Shown here: one piece after another, positions 1-9,101 of the stretch | How the letters are laid out: the number at the start of each line of letters is the position of its first letter | How positions within the stretch are numbered: position 1 is the stretch's first letter | NCBI RefSeq assembly: GCF_000011805.1 | Contig: NC_006841.2 | DNA: 32,000 nt | Strand: one strand, 5' to 3' | Source: Aliivibrio fischeri ES114 | GTDB lineage: Bacteria; Pseudomonadota; Gammaproteobacteria; Enterobacterales; Vibrionaceae | Position numbers and translations under genes: made by a program | Notes under the pieces: model-generated | Seen by the model: the letters and a program-made list of their open reading frames with translations, nothing else | What the model was told of the DNA's origin: nothing | Databases searched by the model: none

Positions 1-43
1 AGTGACAATACCATGACTCAAACAGGGTAAATGTAAAAAATTC

Positions 44-724
44 TCACGCAATCGCTAAATATTTGTGCGTTTGAATAGAAAGTCGCCAATTTCTTTTGAT
101 ACACGTTTCAATACAAAGTTCGGTAGCTCTTGGTTTTTGGCTAATTGGCTGAAGAGCGATAGTGACATCTTCGAGTAACTCAACACCTTCTAATAATGCA
201 TCAAGTTGTTCAATATCTTTTGTTGTACCAACTGGATGTTTAATCTCATTTGCACGAGATAGGGCGACTGGCAGAACTGGTAATTTGCCTTTCATGTTGA
301 TTTTTGGTGACACTGTCACCCAAGTGTCGTCTGAAGCAAGAATAGGGTAAGTGCCACTGGTTTCTATCTGGCAGCGATAACCGTGTTGCTCTAGTTCTTG
401 AGTCAATGAAGTCAGATCATACATACATGGTTCACCACCAGTAATCACCATGTGCTTTGCGGTATAACCTTGATTTTCCAACATTTCAATTATTTGAGTG
501 CTCGACAGTTCCGTCCAACTAGGGGTATCTTCCGTTTTGGCTAAAATGGTCTGTAAATCTGTTTTATCACTTAATTCAACATCCCAAGTTTGCTTTGTAT
601 CACACCAAGAACAACCAACAGGGCAACCTTGTAAGCGTAAAAATATAGATGGAACACCGGTAAATGTTCCTTCGCCTTGAATGGTCTCGAATAACTCGTT
701 AATTTTAAATAATGGTGCTGACAT
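44..724 (-). CDS. queE: 7-carboxy-7-deazaguanine synthase (radical SAM, queuosine biosynthesis)
   Basis: N-terminus 'INELFETIQGEGTFTGVPSIFLRLQGCPVGCSWCDTKQTW' matches the QueE radical-SAM cluster region as I know it from E. coli QueE. The ORF-track start (739) is a TTG; I prefer the in-frame ATG at 724 (MSAPLF...). Confidence 0.9.
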   Translation of the reverse strand: MSAPLFKINELFETIQGEGTFTGVPSIFLRLQGCPVGCSWCDTKQTWDVELSDKTDLQTILAKTEDTPSWTELSSTQIIEMLENQGYTAKHMVITGGEPCMYDLTSLTQELEQHGYRCQIETSGTYPILASDDTWVTVSPKINMKGKLPVLPVALSRANEIKHPVGTTKDIEQLDALLEGVELLEDVTIALQPISQKPRATELCIETCIKRNWRLSIQTHKYLAIA

Positions 725-807
725 AATTATTTTACTCAAATAAAAAACTATAAAATTTGGCGTTAAAATTCGTTGTGAAGTCGCATTTTTCGTAAATATT
801 TCATAAT

Positions 808-829
808 CTTCGTGATAGATATCACGTAG
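808..829. promoter_or_regulatory. Candidate CRP (cAMP receptor protein) binding site upstream of mlc
   Basis: 'cttCGTGATAGATATCACGtag' has a perfect GTGA-N6-TCAC core with 7+7 palindromic arms, about 80-100 nt upstream of the mlc ATG. Confidence 0.5.
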
Positions 830-907
830 GCAAATACTTAAGCTTCACAATTTGTTCGCAAAGTAAAAAAATTCAATTAATTGATATATTTTTTACTGGA
901 GATACGT

Positions 908-2122
908 ATGTACGTGGCCCAACCCGGACACATTGATCATTTAAAACAAGTAAATGCGGGCCGGGTGTATAAGTTAATTGACCAACTTGGCCCTATCTCG
1001 CGCATCGATCTTTCTAAAGAGAGTAATCTAGCGCCGGCTAGTATTACCAAAATCACACGCGAACTTCTTGACGCACACCTTATCAAAGAAACTCAAGTAC
1101 AAGAAGCAAATAGTCGTGGTAGACCGGCAATTGGCCTTGAAGTGGACAATGAAGGCTGGCAATTCTTATCTCTTCGATTAGGTCGTGGTTACTTAACTAT
1201 CGCTTTGCACAGTCTTGGTGGAGAGCAACTCATAGAAGAAAGACAGTTAATTAAAGAGATTGAGCAAGATGAGTTACTTGCCAAGTTATTAAATGAAATT
1301 AACGTGTTCTTTCAAAAGCATTCTAAGATTTTGGGACGAATTACCAGCATTGCGGTGTCATTACCGGGATTAGTCATTTCTTCACAAGGTTTGATCATTC
1401 AAATGCCTCACTACAATGTGAAAAATTTACCATTGGGCCCTAAGATCTATGAATCTACAGGCTTACCAGTATTTATTGGTAACGATACAAGGAGTTGGGC
1501 ATTAGCTGAAAAATTGTTTGGTAATTCAAAAAACATCGACAACTCTATCTTAGTCTCTATTCACCATGGTGTAGGTGCCGGCATCATTATGAATGGGGAA
1601 GTGCTGCAAGGTAGAACAGGCAATATTGGTGAAATGGGACACATCAAGATCAACAAACTTGGTGCTCGTTGTCATTGTGGTAATACAGGTTGCTTAGAAA
1701 CCGTAGCAAGTGCAAAGGCGATTCGTGATCAAGTAAAAAACTTGATTAATAATGGTCATCAAACCGTCTTGAAAGATCAGACGATTACGATTGAAAACAT
1801 TTGTCTTGCCGCAAACCAAGGTGATGTATTAGCAAAACAAGTCATTACTGAGCTTGGACATAATTTGGGTGAAGCCATAGCTATTATGGTCAATCTATTT
1901 AACCCAGAAATGATATTGATAGGTGGGGAAATTAACCTTTCGAAAGACATTTTGTACCCAATTATCATGGATTCTATTCAAAACCAAGTATTGCCACTAT
2001 ATGCAAAAGACACGCAATTGGTTGAGAGTCGCTTTTATACTCAAGCAACCATGCCAGGAGCTGCACTGGTTAAGCAAGCAATGTGTGATGGTTCATTGCT
2101 AATGAAGGTGATAGAAGGTTAA
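908..2122 (+). CDS. mlc: ROK-family global sugar regulator Mlc (DgsA)
   Basis: Collinear with E. coli Mlc as I recall it: 'QPGHIDHLKQVNAGRVYKLIDQLGPISRIDLSKESNLAPASITKITRELLDAHL' (wHTH), ROK zinc motif 'CHCGNTGCLET', C-terminal 'GAALVKQAMCDGSLLMKV'. The ORF-track TTG at 881 is unlikely; the ATG at 908 gives MYVAQPGH. Confidence 0.85.
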   Translation: MYVAQPGHIDHLKQVNAGRVYKLIDQLGPISRIDLSKESNLAPASITKITRELLDAHLIKETQVQEANSRGRPAIGLEVDNEGWQFLSLRLGRGYLTIALHSLGGEQLIEERQLIKEIEQDELLAKLLNEINVFFQKHSKILGRITSIAVSLPGLVISSQGLIIQMPHYNVKNLPLGPKIYESTGLPVFIGNDTRSWALAEKLFGNSKNIDNSILVSIHHGVGAGIIMNGEVLQGRTGNIGEMGHIKINKLGARCHCGNTGCLETVASAKAIRDQVKNLINNGHQTVLKDQTITIENICLAANQGDVLAKQVITELGHNLGEAIAIMVNLFNPEMILIGGEINLSKDILYPIIMDSIQNQVLPLYAKDTQLVESRFYTQATMPGAALVKQAMCDGSLLMKVIEG

Positions 2123-2143
2123 TACTTCACCGTAAAGTAATAA

Positions 2144-2178
2144 AAAAGAGCAGCGAATTTGGCTGCTCTTTTCTTTTT
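2144..2178. terminator. Bidirectional rho-independent terminator between convergent mlc and ltaE
   Basis: Stem GAGCAGC (2148-2154), loop gaatttg, stem GCTGCTC (2162-2168). An A-run lies 5' and TTTTCTTTTT lies 3'. Confidence 0.75.
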
Positions 2179-2199
2179 ATATTGATGGAATGGATAAGA

Positions 2200-3204
2200 T
2201 TAGTTCTGTTTTAAGAACTCAATTAAGGTATCAATATTTTGTTTTGTGATGTCTTTATGAGTCACAAAGCGAATAGGGTTGCCAGCAGAAAGTAAAATAT
2301 CCTGTTCAAGTGCTTTATCACAAATCGTTTTGATATCTACTTTGTTGTCTAATTTAGCAAAAACAATATTAGTTTGAATATGCTCAACATTCACTGAAAA
2401 TCCATTTACCGTATTTAACTGTTCAGCTAAATATTTCGCATTGGCATGGTCCACGGCCAGTTGTGGTACTTGCTCGGTTAATGCGAGTTTTCCGGCAGCA
2501 GCAAGAATGCCCGTTTGACGCATACCGCCCCCCAGCATCTTTCTAATACGGCGAGCTTTTTTGATGTATTCTTTTGTGCCAAGTAGCAAAGAGCCAATTG
2601 GTGCTGATAGGCCTTTTGATAAACAAATCGTCATACTATCAAAATGTTGAGCAATCTCTTTTATATCAACATCTAGTGCAACTGCGGCATTATAGACGCG
2701 AGCACCATCTAAATGCAGAGCCAGTTGATGTTTGTTCACAAATTCTCGCGCTTGAGCTAAGTAGCTTAACGGAAGAACCTTGCCATTAATGGTGTTTTCT
2801 AAGCTCAATAGTTTGGTTCTGGCAAAATGGAAGTCATCCGCTTTTATTGCTGCTGCCAGTTTTTCAAAACATAAAGTACCATCTGGATTATTTTCAATCG
2901 GCTGTGGTTGGATTGACCCTAATACCGCTGCGCCACCAGCTTCATATTTATAGTTATGGGCTTGTTGGCCACACAAATACTCATCGCCACGCTCACAGTG
3001 AGACATAAGTCCTAATAAGTTTGCTTGTGTTCCTGACGAAGTGAACATTGCCGCTTCAAAACCATGGCGATCAGCAGCCCATTGTTCTAATTCGTTTGTG
3101 GTTGGATCATCTCCATAAACATCATCACCAACCAGAGCATTAGCGATAGCTTCACGCATATTTGGAGTTGGGCGAGTAACCGTATCAGAGCGAAAATCAA
3201 TCAT
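2200..3204 (-). CDS. ltaE: Low-specificity L-threonine aldolase
   Basis: 'MIDFRSDTVTRPTPNMREAI...GDDVYGDDPTTNELE...FTSSGTQANL' is the typical LtaE/beta-eliminating-lyase N-terminus. The length of 334 aa fits. RBS AGGA lies upstream. Confidence 0.9.
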   Translation of the reverse strand: MIDFRSDTVTRPTPNMREAIANALVGDDVYGDDPTTNELEQWAADRHGFEAAMFTSSGTQANLLGLMSHCERGDEYLCGQQAHNYKYEAGGAAVLGSIQPQPIENNPDGTLCFEKLAAAIKADDFHFARTKLLSLENTINGKVLPLSYLAQAREFVNKHQLALHLDGARVYNAAVALDVDIKEIAQHFDSMTICLSKGLSAPIGSLLLGTKEYIKKARRIRKMLGGGMRQTGILAAAGKLALTEQVPQLAVDHANAKYLAEQLNTVNGFSVNVEHIQTNIVFAKLDNKVDIKTICDKALEQDILLSAGNPIRFVTHKDITKQNIDTLIEFLKQN

Positions 3205-3486
3205 GGTATATCCTTTACTGCACTTATTTTTATATAGATAGATAACCTAGCACACAGCTTGTATCCATGAAAACAATGTTATTTGGGTTTTACAAAAAAA
3301 TAACGAGTATGGTGATTTATATATTAAGAAGAGTGCAATTTATTACCTCTAAAGTAGAGGGATTCGACTAATTGATGAGTGTATATGGTTATTAATCAAA
3401 CAATTGAGGCAATATGTAACTATAACGGCTCTGAAATTTACATTATACTCAAGAGAAAGCAGTTATCTTAAGTGTAAGGGAATGTA

Positions 3487-5136
3487 ATGCAAGGAACCTC
3501 AACGAGAACAAGCGCTGCACGTGCGCTGCTATCTGAACGAATTCAAAAACTCACTACCGCATTATCTGATGGTGTGTATGAACGTGAAGATACAATGCGA
3601 CTATGCTTACTTGCCGCTTTGTCTGGTGAAAGCGTATTTTTATTAGGTCCTCCAGGTATTGCAAAAAGCTTAATAGCAAAACGATTAATTAAAGCGTTTG
3701 ATAACAGCCGTTATTTTGAATATCTAATGACACGCTTTTCGACACCAGAAGAAGTGTTTGGTCCTCTCTCAATTCAAGAATTAAAAGATAACGGTAAATA
3801 CGTTCGATTAACTCAAGGTTACTTGCCTGATGCTCAGGTTGTTTTCTTAGATGAAATTTGGAAAGCAGGCCCTGCAATTCTTAATACACTACTGACCGTT
3901 GTAAATGAAAAAACATTTAAAAACGGTAATGAAATTTCTCCTGTCCCGATGCGACTTCTTATTTCGGCATCAAACGAATTACCCGATGAAGACAGCGGCT
4001 TAGATGCACTCTATGACCGAATGTTAGTACGCGTATTTGTTAACCGTATTCAAAATAAAAATAACTTTAAATCCATGTTGATGACAGGGACGATTCAAGA
4101 AACAGAAATCGATCCATCATTAGTTGTAACGGACAGCGAGTACCATCAATGGCAAAAAGAATTGGATGGATTAACCTTATCCGATCAAGTCTTTGAAAAG
4201 CTATTTGAATTAAAGACCATGCTTGAACAAAACAATACGGCTTATGATGAAGATCTGTATGTATCTGATCGACGCTGGAAAAAGTCCGTTAAATTACTAA
4301 AAGCATCCGCTTTCTTTAGTGGCCGTGATGAAATTAATCCGATGGATTTGTTGTTATTACAAGATTGTTTATGGACGACACCTGAGAACAGAGAACAAGT
4401 ACGTGAAAGTATTCGAGTCTTTGCATCAGAAAAAGCGTTTGATCAACAAGCGGTATTGATGAATATCGATATGATCTTAACGGATATGGCGGAAATGGAA
4501 GCGGAGATCCTAGCAAAGCACAGCGTTGAGTTGCATATGGAAACGGCCGGTAACCGCTTAATGAAAAAAGAAAGCTATGAGTTCGATTTTCAAAAGGGCA
4601 AACGCTTTAGTGTTGGCAACGCGCATCAATTAATAAAATTAGTGATGCTTCAATCTAATATGTCAGTATCAGAAGGTGAAAAGGGCGATAGCCGCTGGGT
4701 TTATGTTAACCCTGATGACATCGAAAAACAGATGAAAGAAGGTAAGGCATCGGTATATGGTTATGTAAACCAGAACCCAAGTCTGTGTATGCTTAATTTT
4801 GAATTAGATGCAGATTCCAGATTAGTAATCAAAGATATCGCAAATCGTTCTGTTCTTGTCGGTATGGTCGGTCATAATGATCCAACTGAAAGTCAATTTG
4901 ATGTGTGGGCAGAGCAAGTTTCTGTAAATCAAAAGAAATTAGACGAAGCTGAACATCAATTACTAAAAAGCCGAACACAATTTCACGCAGCGCTACCACA
5001 TAACTTTATTGAAGAAAGTTTGCCTTCAGTGATTGAAAACAGTCTACAGTTATTAACTCAGCGTATTGAGGGATGTAAAACTCAATTTAATAACTCTAGT
5101 CGACGCGTAATGAAATTTAGCGATTATTATTCTTAA
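3487..5136 (+). CDS. ravA: MoxR-class AAA+ ATPase RavA
   Basis: 'RLCLLAALSGESVFLLGPPGIAKSLIAKRL' (Walker A), 'VVFLDEIWKAGPAILNTLLTVVNEKTF' (Walker B/sensor) and 'YVSDRRWKKSVKLLKASAFFSGR' are collinear with E. coli RavA as I recall it. Confidence 0.9.
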   Translation: MQGTSTRTSAARALLSERIQKLTTALSDGVYEREDTMRLCLLAALSGESVFLLGPPGIAKSLIAKRLIKAFDNSRYFEYLMTRFSTPEEVFGPLSIQELKDNGKYVRLTQGYLPDAQVVFLDEIWKAGPAILNTLLTVVNEKTFKNGNEISPVPMRLLISASNELPDEDSGLDALYDRMLVRVFVNRIQNKNNFKSMLMTGTIQETEIDPSLVVTDSEYHQWQKELDGLTLSDQVFEKLFELKTMLEQNNTAYDEDLYVSDRRWKKSVKLLKASAFFSGRDEINPMDLLLLQDCLWTTPENREQVRESIRVFASEKAFDQQAVLMNIDMILTDMAEMEAEILAKHSVELHMETAGNRLMKKESYEFDFQKGKRFSVGNAHQLIKLVMLQSNMSVSEGEKGDSRWVYVNPDDIEKQMKEGKASVYGYVNQNPSLCMLNFELDADSRLVIKDIANRSVLVGMVGHNDPTESQFDVWAEQVSVNQKKLDEAEHQLLKSRTQFHAALPHNFIEESLPSVIENSLQLLTQRIEGCKTQFNNSSRRVMKFSDYYS

Positions 5137-5154
5137 TAAATAATAGGGACAAAT

Positions 5155-6603
5155 ATGTTAGGTGCTGATGCCTTAAATTTGGTCATGATGGTAGCAGAAT
5201 CAGGGATGATTGATTCTTCGATCGCAGAGATCCTTTCACGTCCGCAATTTCTGACAGCTGCTAAATCAAACCCTAATATAAAACCAACCATTAAGAATCA
5301 TATTTTGAAATGGCGTGGCAAAGTTAAGCATAAAATGACCAAAGTATGCGAAACAGAGCGTATTCAAGATGAACTGGCTTTATATCAGGATGTGATTCAT
5401 TGGAGTGAGAACGAGTTTTATCAACGTATTGATGAGATTATATCTAAGTTAAAATGGCACTCTGCATTTTACGTTGAAGCAAAACAATTAGCTAATGATA
5501 ACAAAGGGTTAATGAACCCTATGTTCCCTCGATTCTTTTGTGAACGTTGGTATCAAAGTTTATCGGATGCAATCAAAAAAGCGCAGTTAAGTGAATTAAA
5601 AGAAGATAAAGAAAAACTTCTTGCTGATTTGTATCAACGAATTGAGACATTAAAAACCATGGAGTCTGTTACTGCTGAAGGTGATGAAGCTCAAATCGGT
5701 AAACTGTGGGATATGGCATCAGCAAAACTGACCAAATCTAATGTAGATATCATGAAACTACATGCGCGGTTTCTGAAGAAAAATAAAGGATTACAAGACA
5801 TCGCCTCTAAGCTTGGACGTATGGCCAATGAAGCTGAACATAGTGATAAATCACAAGCAATGGCTGAAGAAGTCAAAGTGGTGGAAGAGAAGAGTGATTT
5901 TGTAACTGACGATATTGTCGGTGTTCATGAAGGCGATGATTTAAGTCGTCTACTTCCTAATGAAACTTTATTTTTATCGCATCCAGAACTTGAAGTTATT
6001 TTTTATCAGCACCTTATTGATAAACGTTTAATGAACTATCGCATGCAGGGGGCTGATCGTAAGTTACGCAAAGTCACAACTCAATCGAGAGCTGCAAGTA
6101 ATGCGCTTATTGAAAAAGGGCCGTTTGTTGTTTGTGTCGATGCATCAGGTTCTATGAGTGGATTCCCAGAGCAATGTGCAAAAGCGTTAGCTTATGGATT
6201 AATGCAGATCGCATTGGCAGAAGAGCGAGATTGTTATGTCATTCTGTTTTCGACTCAGCAAATCACATATGAATTAAGTAAACAGGATGGCTTGAAAGAA
6301 GTTGCCGATTTCTTATCGTATAAATTTCATGGTGGTACAGATTTAGAGCCCGTGCTGGAAAAATCAATTCAATTGATGCATGGGGATAAATATAAAAACG
6401 CAGATTTAGTGGTATTGTCTGATTTTATTGCACCGACACATTCAGAAAAGATAGATGCAATGGTAGGTGATTTGAAAAAACATCAGAACCGATTTCATGC
6501 GGTGTGTTTATCAAAATATGGAAATCCAGCATTAATGGCGATGTTTGACCACACATGGGCATATCATCCATCAATGCTAGGGAGACTAACGCAAATTCGC
6601 TAA
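5155..6603 (+). CDS. viaA: VWA-domain protein ViaA (RavA partner)
   Basis: Lies 18 nt downstream of ravA. The C-terminal von Willebrand A domain has the MIDAS motif 'VCVDASGSMSG' and 'GGTDLEP'. Confidence 0.85.
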   Translation: MLGADALNLVMMVAESGMIDSSIAEILSRPQFLTAAKSNPNIKPTIKNHILKWRGKVKHKMTKVCETERIQDELALYQDVIHWSENEFYQRIDEIISKLKWHSAFYVEAKQLANDNKGLMNPMFPRFFCERWYQSLSDAIKKAQLSELKEDKEKLLADLYQRIETLKTMESVTAEGDEAQIGKLWDMASAKLTKSNVDIMKLHARFLKKNKGLQDIASKLGRMANEAEHSDKSQAMAEEVKVVEEKSDFVTDDIVGVHEGDDLSRLLPNETLFLSHPELEVIFYQHLIDKRLMNYRMQGADRKLRKVTTQSRAASNALIEKGPFVVCVDASGSMSGFPEQCAKALAYGLMQIALAEERDCYVILFSTQQITYELSKQDGLKEVADFLSYKFHGGTDLEPVLEKSIQLMHGDKYKNADLVVLSDFIAPTHSEKIDAMVGDLKKHQNRFHAVCLSKYGNPALMAMFDHTWAYHPSMLGRLTQIR

Positions 6604-6846
6604 TTAGTCTTCTTTCACGAAACGTACTTTTGAAAAGCCAAGCTTTGTAAAGTAGCTGTGACGGAAATCTTTAACCGCACCAGGGTTATTTGAGGCCATT
6701 TCAACTTGCTTCAACATAGTATCGAAATCTGAGATATCAATACCTTCAGCAGCCGCTGCAGCTTCAAATGGGCCGTGAAATTCACGAAAAGAGAAAGGGA
6801 TCTCTTTTGTTTCAGACTTGTAAGTATAACGAACGATACGAGCCAT
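6604..6846 (-). CDS. Small conserved hypothetical protein (80 aa)
   Basis: The ATG at 6846 is preceded by GGAGAAATA (a good RBS); the ORF-track start at 6879 has none. Its stop codon directly abuts the viaA stop (TAATTA, 6601-6606). I see no recognisable motif. Confidence 0.55.
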   Translation of the reverse strand: MARIVRYTYKSETKEIPFSFREFHGPFEAAAAAEGIDISDFDTMLKQVEMASNNPGAVKDFRHSYFTKLGFSKVRFVKED

Positions 6847-6889
6847 TATTTCTCCGAAAAAGGATGGCACTAAAGCCATCCAATATTAA

Positions 6890-7327
6890 TTATTTTTTGA
6901 AGATTTCAGCAAGTTCACGCTTCATGATTGGATCACGACGTGCTTTTTTGATTTGCTTAACTAGATCTTTCACACAGTTGTGTAAAACTTGATCAAGAAG
7001 TTGTGAACGGTATTCAGCTTGAGCATCTTCGTCCATGTTTTCTGGTAGGTCTAAGTTTTCGAACTCAGCCATGAAATCATAACCAGCGTAGCTTTGGCTT
7101 AGAGAAACTAATGCGTGGAATTGCTCAAAGTTATCTAGAACTTTTTGAGCACTAGCTGGCATTGCATCCCAAGATTCACGAACTGCGATTTCAGCTACTT
7201 CGTGCACAGAAACAAGCATGTGCCACATTTCTTCAGGAACGTTTTCAAATTCGATAACTTTTTTAAGTTCAGGAGAGATCGTTTCTAGATCGATAGCTTC
7301 TTTTTGTGTGTTTTCAACTTCAGACAT
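6890..7327 (-). CDS. Acidic hypothetical protein (145 aa)
   Basis: Uninterrupted ORF with ordinary core-like composition, co-directional with 6604..6846. Function unknown. Confidence 0.55.
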   Translation of the reverse strand: MSEVENTQKEAIDLETISPELKKVIEFENVPEEMWHMLVSVHEVAEIAVRESWDAMPASAQKVLDNFEQFHALVSLSQSYAGYDFMAEFENLDLPENMDEDAQAEYRSQLLDQVLHNCVKDLVKQIKKARRDPIMKRELAEIFKK

Positions 7328-7529
7328 GGGAATTTCTCGTCATATAAAAAGGAAATGGTAACTAGACCATCAGAAATGTCAATTTTATTCATTCCTATAA
7401 GGGACATTTGGTAAGAAATCGTGGTTTTAATAAGCGAAAAGCAGGAATCAACATCACATTTATCACCGTTTTTCATTAAAGAAACGATTATAAACGTCGA
7501 TATCAAGAGTAGGAATTATATTACTCGGA

Positions 7530-8162
7530 TTGATCATGTTAAGACTTTTACCATTATTTGCTTCATTACTATTTGTTGGGTGTGCACCACAAGGAAGTAG
7601 TTTATTAGATATCGCACCAAAGACGAAAGAAGATGCACCGTTCCCTGATTTTGAAAATCCTGAAACTGCACCTGTTGAAGAGATGGAAACATCAGAAATG
7701 ACACGTGCATTAACTGGACCTAATGGTGAGTTAAAAGACGATGACATGCGCCAAGTCGCTCAACAATTAACAAATATGGGTATTCAATATCACAAAGTAG
7801 GTAATGACCAACTGGTGATAAGTATTCAAGAAAAAGTGCATTTTTCTAGCGCTAAAGCAGAATTAACGCCTCTAGCACGCTCCCTGCTTAATAAATTGAT
7901 TGTCGTTATGGCAAGTAAACCAGAACTAGCACTAGTGCTTGATGGCCATACAGATGTGACTGGTGATCCGATTAAGAATCAGAACTTATCTGAACAACGC
8001 TCAAACGAAGTACGTCGTTATTTATTAGCTAATAAACTAAATGCGAGTCAATTATACTCTCGAGGTTTTGGTGAATATCTACCGTTATGTGATAACGATA
8101 CGATCCTAGGTCGTAAATGTAATCGAAGAGTGGAAATTACCATCTTAAAAATTCACTGGTAA
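7530..8162 (+). CDS. OmpA-family (peptidoglycan-binding) lipoprotein
   Basis: Signal peptide with lipobox 'LLFVGC'. The C-terminal OmpA-like domain has 'LDGHTDVTGDPIKNQNLSEQRSNEVRRYL...NRRVEITI'. Confidence 0.85.
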   Translation: MIMLRLLPLFASLLFVGCAPQGSSLLDIAPKTKEDAPFPDFENPETAPVEEMETSEMTRALTGPNGELKDDDMRQVAQQLTNMGIQYHKVGNDQLVISIQEKVHFSSAKAELTPLARSLLNKLIVVMASKPELALVLDGHTDVTGDPIKNQNLSEQRSNEVRRYLLANKLNASQLYSRGFGEYLPLCDNDTILGRKCNRRVEITILKIHW

Positions 8163-8170
8163 CAGTATAA

Positions 8171-8200
8171 AAAATGGCCCTCATTATTGAGGGCCATTTT
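8171..8200. terminator. Bidirectional rho-independent terminator (ompA-like / creA convergent pair)
   Basis: AAAATGGCCCTCA - ttat - TGAGGGCCATTTT, a perfect 13-bp stem including flanking A/T runs. Confidence 0.8.
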
Positions 8201-8215
8201 GTAGATATTTATAAA

Positions 8216-8686
8216 TTAGTTAGCAGTAACTGGCTGTTCAACGTAAGCTTTTGTTCCCCACAATGGCACAGTTGATAAACTATGCTTAAAGCTACCTTCT
8301 GTTTCTTTTGTTGTGTATGACAAGTACAGTAATGTTTGGTTTTCAGCATCGTAAATACGTCTAACTTTCATTGATTTAAAGAAGATACTTTTAGATTGCT
8401 TGAAAACAACCTCACCAGATTTACTTCTGTCAATTTGAGCGATCATTTCAGGTGTGATTTCACCTGTTTGACGACATGAGATAGAGCTGTCACTTGGATC
8501 AGAAAGACTTAAATTTGCTTCAACTGATGCGATGTGGCAAGTAACACCAGGGATCTTTTCATCATCCAAGTTTGAAATTTTGATGTCTTTCATAGTGAAC
8601 ATACCTAGTGATACATCACCAACTTCGTTATCAGAACAAGCGCTAAGCAATGTTGTGATAGCAAGTGCAAAAATGATTTTTTTCAT
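8216..8686 (-). CDS. creA: CreA-family protein (lipoprotein-type signal)
   Basis: 'VTCHIASVEANLSLSDPSDSSISCRQTGEI...GEVVFKQSKSIFFKSMKVRRIYDAENQTLLYLSYT' parallels E. coli CreA ('VTCYVSRAK...AISCQQVGPI...[23 protein letters not shown]'). I prefer the start at the ATG at 8686 (MKKIIFALAITTLLSAC). Confidence 0.85.
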   Translation of the reverse strand: MKKIIFALAITTLLSACSDNEVGDVSLGMFTMKDIKISNLDDEKIPGVTCHIASVEANLSLSDPSDSSISCRQTGEITPEMIAQIDRSKSGEVVFKQSKSIFFKSMKVRRIYDAENQTLLYLSYTTKETEGSFKHSLSTVPLWGTKAYVEQPVTAN

Positions 8687-8892
8687 TAAAGATTCTCTGA
8701 TTTTAAACGATATAAAAGAGTGTAGCATAAGCGTGATTTGATTTAAGCACTGACGTTATACTAAAAAAATAAGCCATGTCATCACTTTAGCATAAGTAAG
8801 CGATCTTATGCATAAAGACATTAATTGGATTTTTGAAATAAGGTGATATGTATTAATATGCGTCGGATAAAATATATGAGTGGAGAAATAAC

Positions 8893-9006
8893 TTGAAAAA
8901 ACAAATAATTACTGTCGCTTTAATGGCTCTTCTATTAACGGCTTGTAGCTCTCCATCCCAACCTCGCATGTGCGTTCCTGATTTTTGTAATATATGGGGC
9001 CAATGA
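8893..9006 (+). CDS. Unannotated small lipoprotein (37 aa, TTG start)
   Basis: Own translation: (M)KKQIITVALMALLLTACSSPSQPRMCVPDFCNIWGQ*. It has a KK n-region, a hydrophobic core, the lipobox LTAC, and GGAG 7-8 nt upstream of the TTG. It is below the ORF-track length cut-off. Confidence 0.45.
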   Translation: MKKQIITVALMALLLTACSSPSQPRMCVPDFCNIWGQ

Positions 9007-9101
9007 TTCTGGCCTGATTATTTTTATCTTCGATTCAACGTATCAATTTCATTAATTTAAGCCTATAATCAACGGGTTCAAGACATTGTTAGGATTTTAG
9101 A

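Noticed and set aside
162-680. ORFs 162..350 (+) and 498..680 (+) inside queE
   Set aside because: They are entirely antisense to a well-supported queE reading frame. They are short, have no RBS and no recognisable motif, and are typical shadow ORFs.
1777-2789. ORFs 1777..1968 (-) and 2574..2789 (+)
   Set aside because: They are antisense shadow ORFs within mlc and ltaE respectively, and both host genes have strong family-level evidence.
3689-5876. ORFs 3689..3877 (-), 4334..4516 (-), 5691..5876 (-)
   Set aside because: They are embedded antisense in ravA/viaA, with no start context and no motifs.
3487-6603. ravA-viaA as the 'novel system'
   Set aside because: It is a well-characterised MoxR AAA+/VWA pair conserved in Enterobacteria and Vibrio. 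Only the divergent RavA C-terminus is noted, as a low-interest finding.
6768-7747. ORFs 6768..6992 (+), 7285..7506 (-), 7463..7747 (-)
   Set aside because: They overlap better-supported genes (the 80-aa and 145-aa genes and the OmpA-family lipoprotein) or span the promoter gap. Their sequences are low-complexity and lack an RBS.
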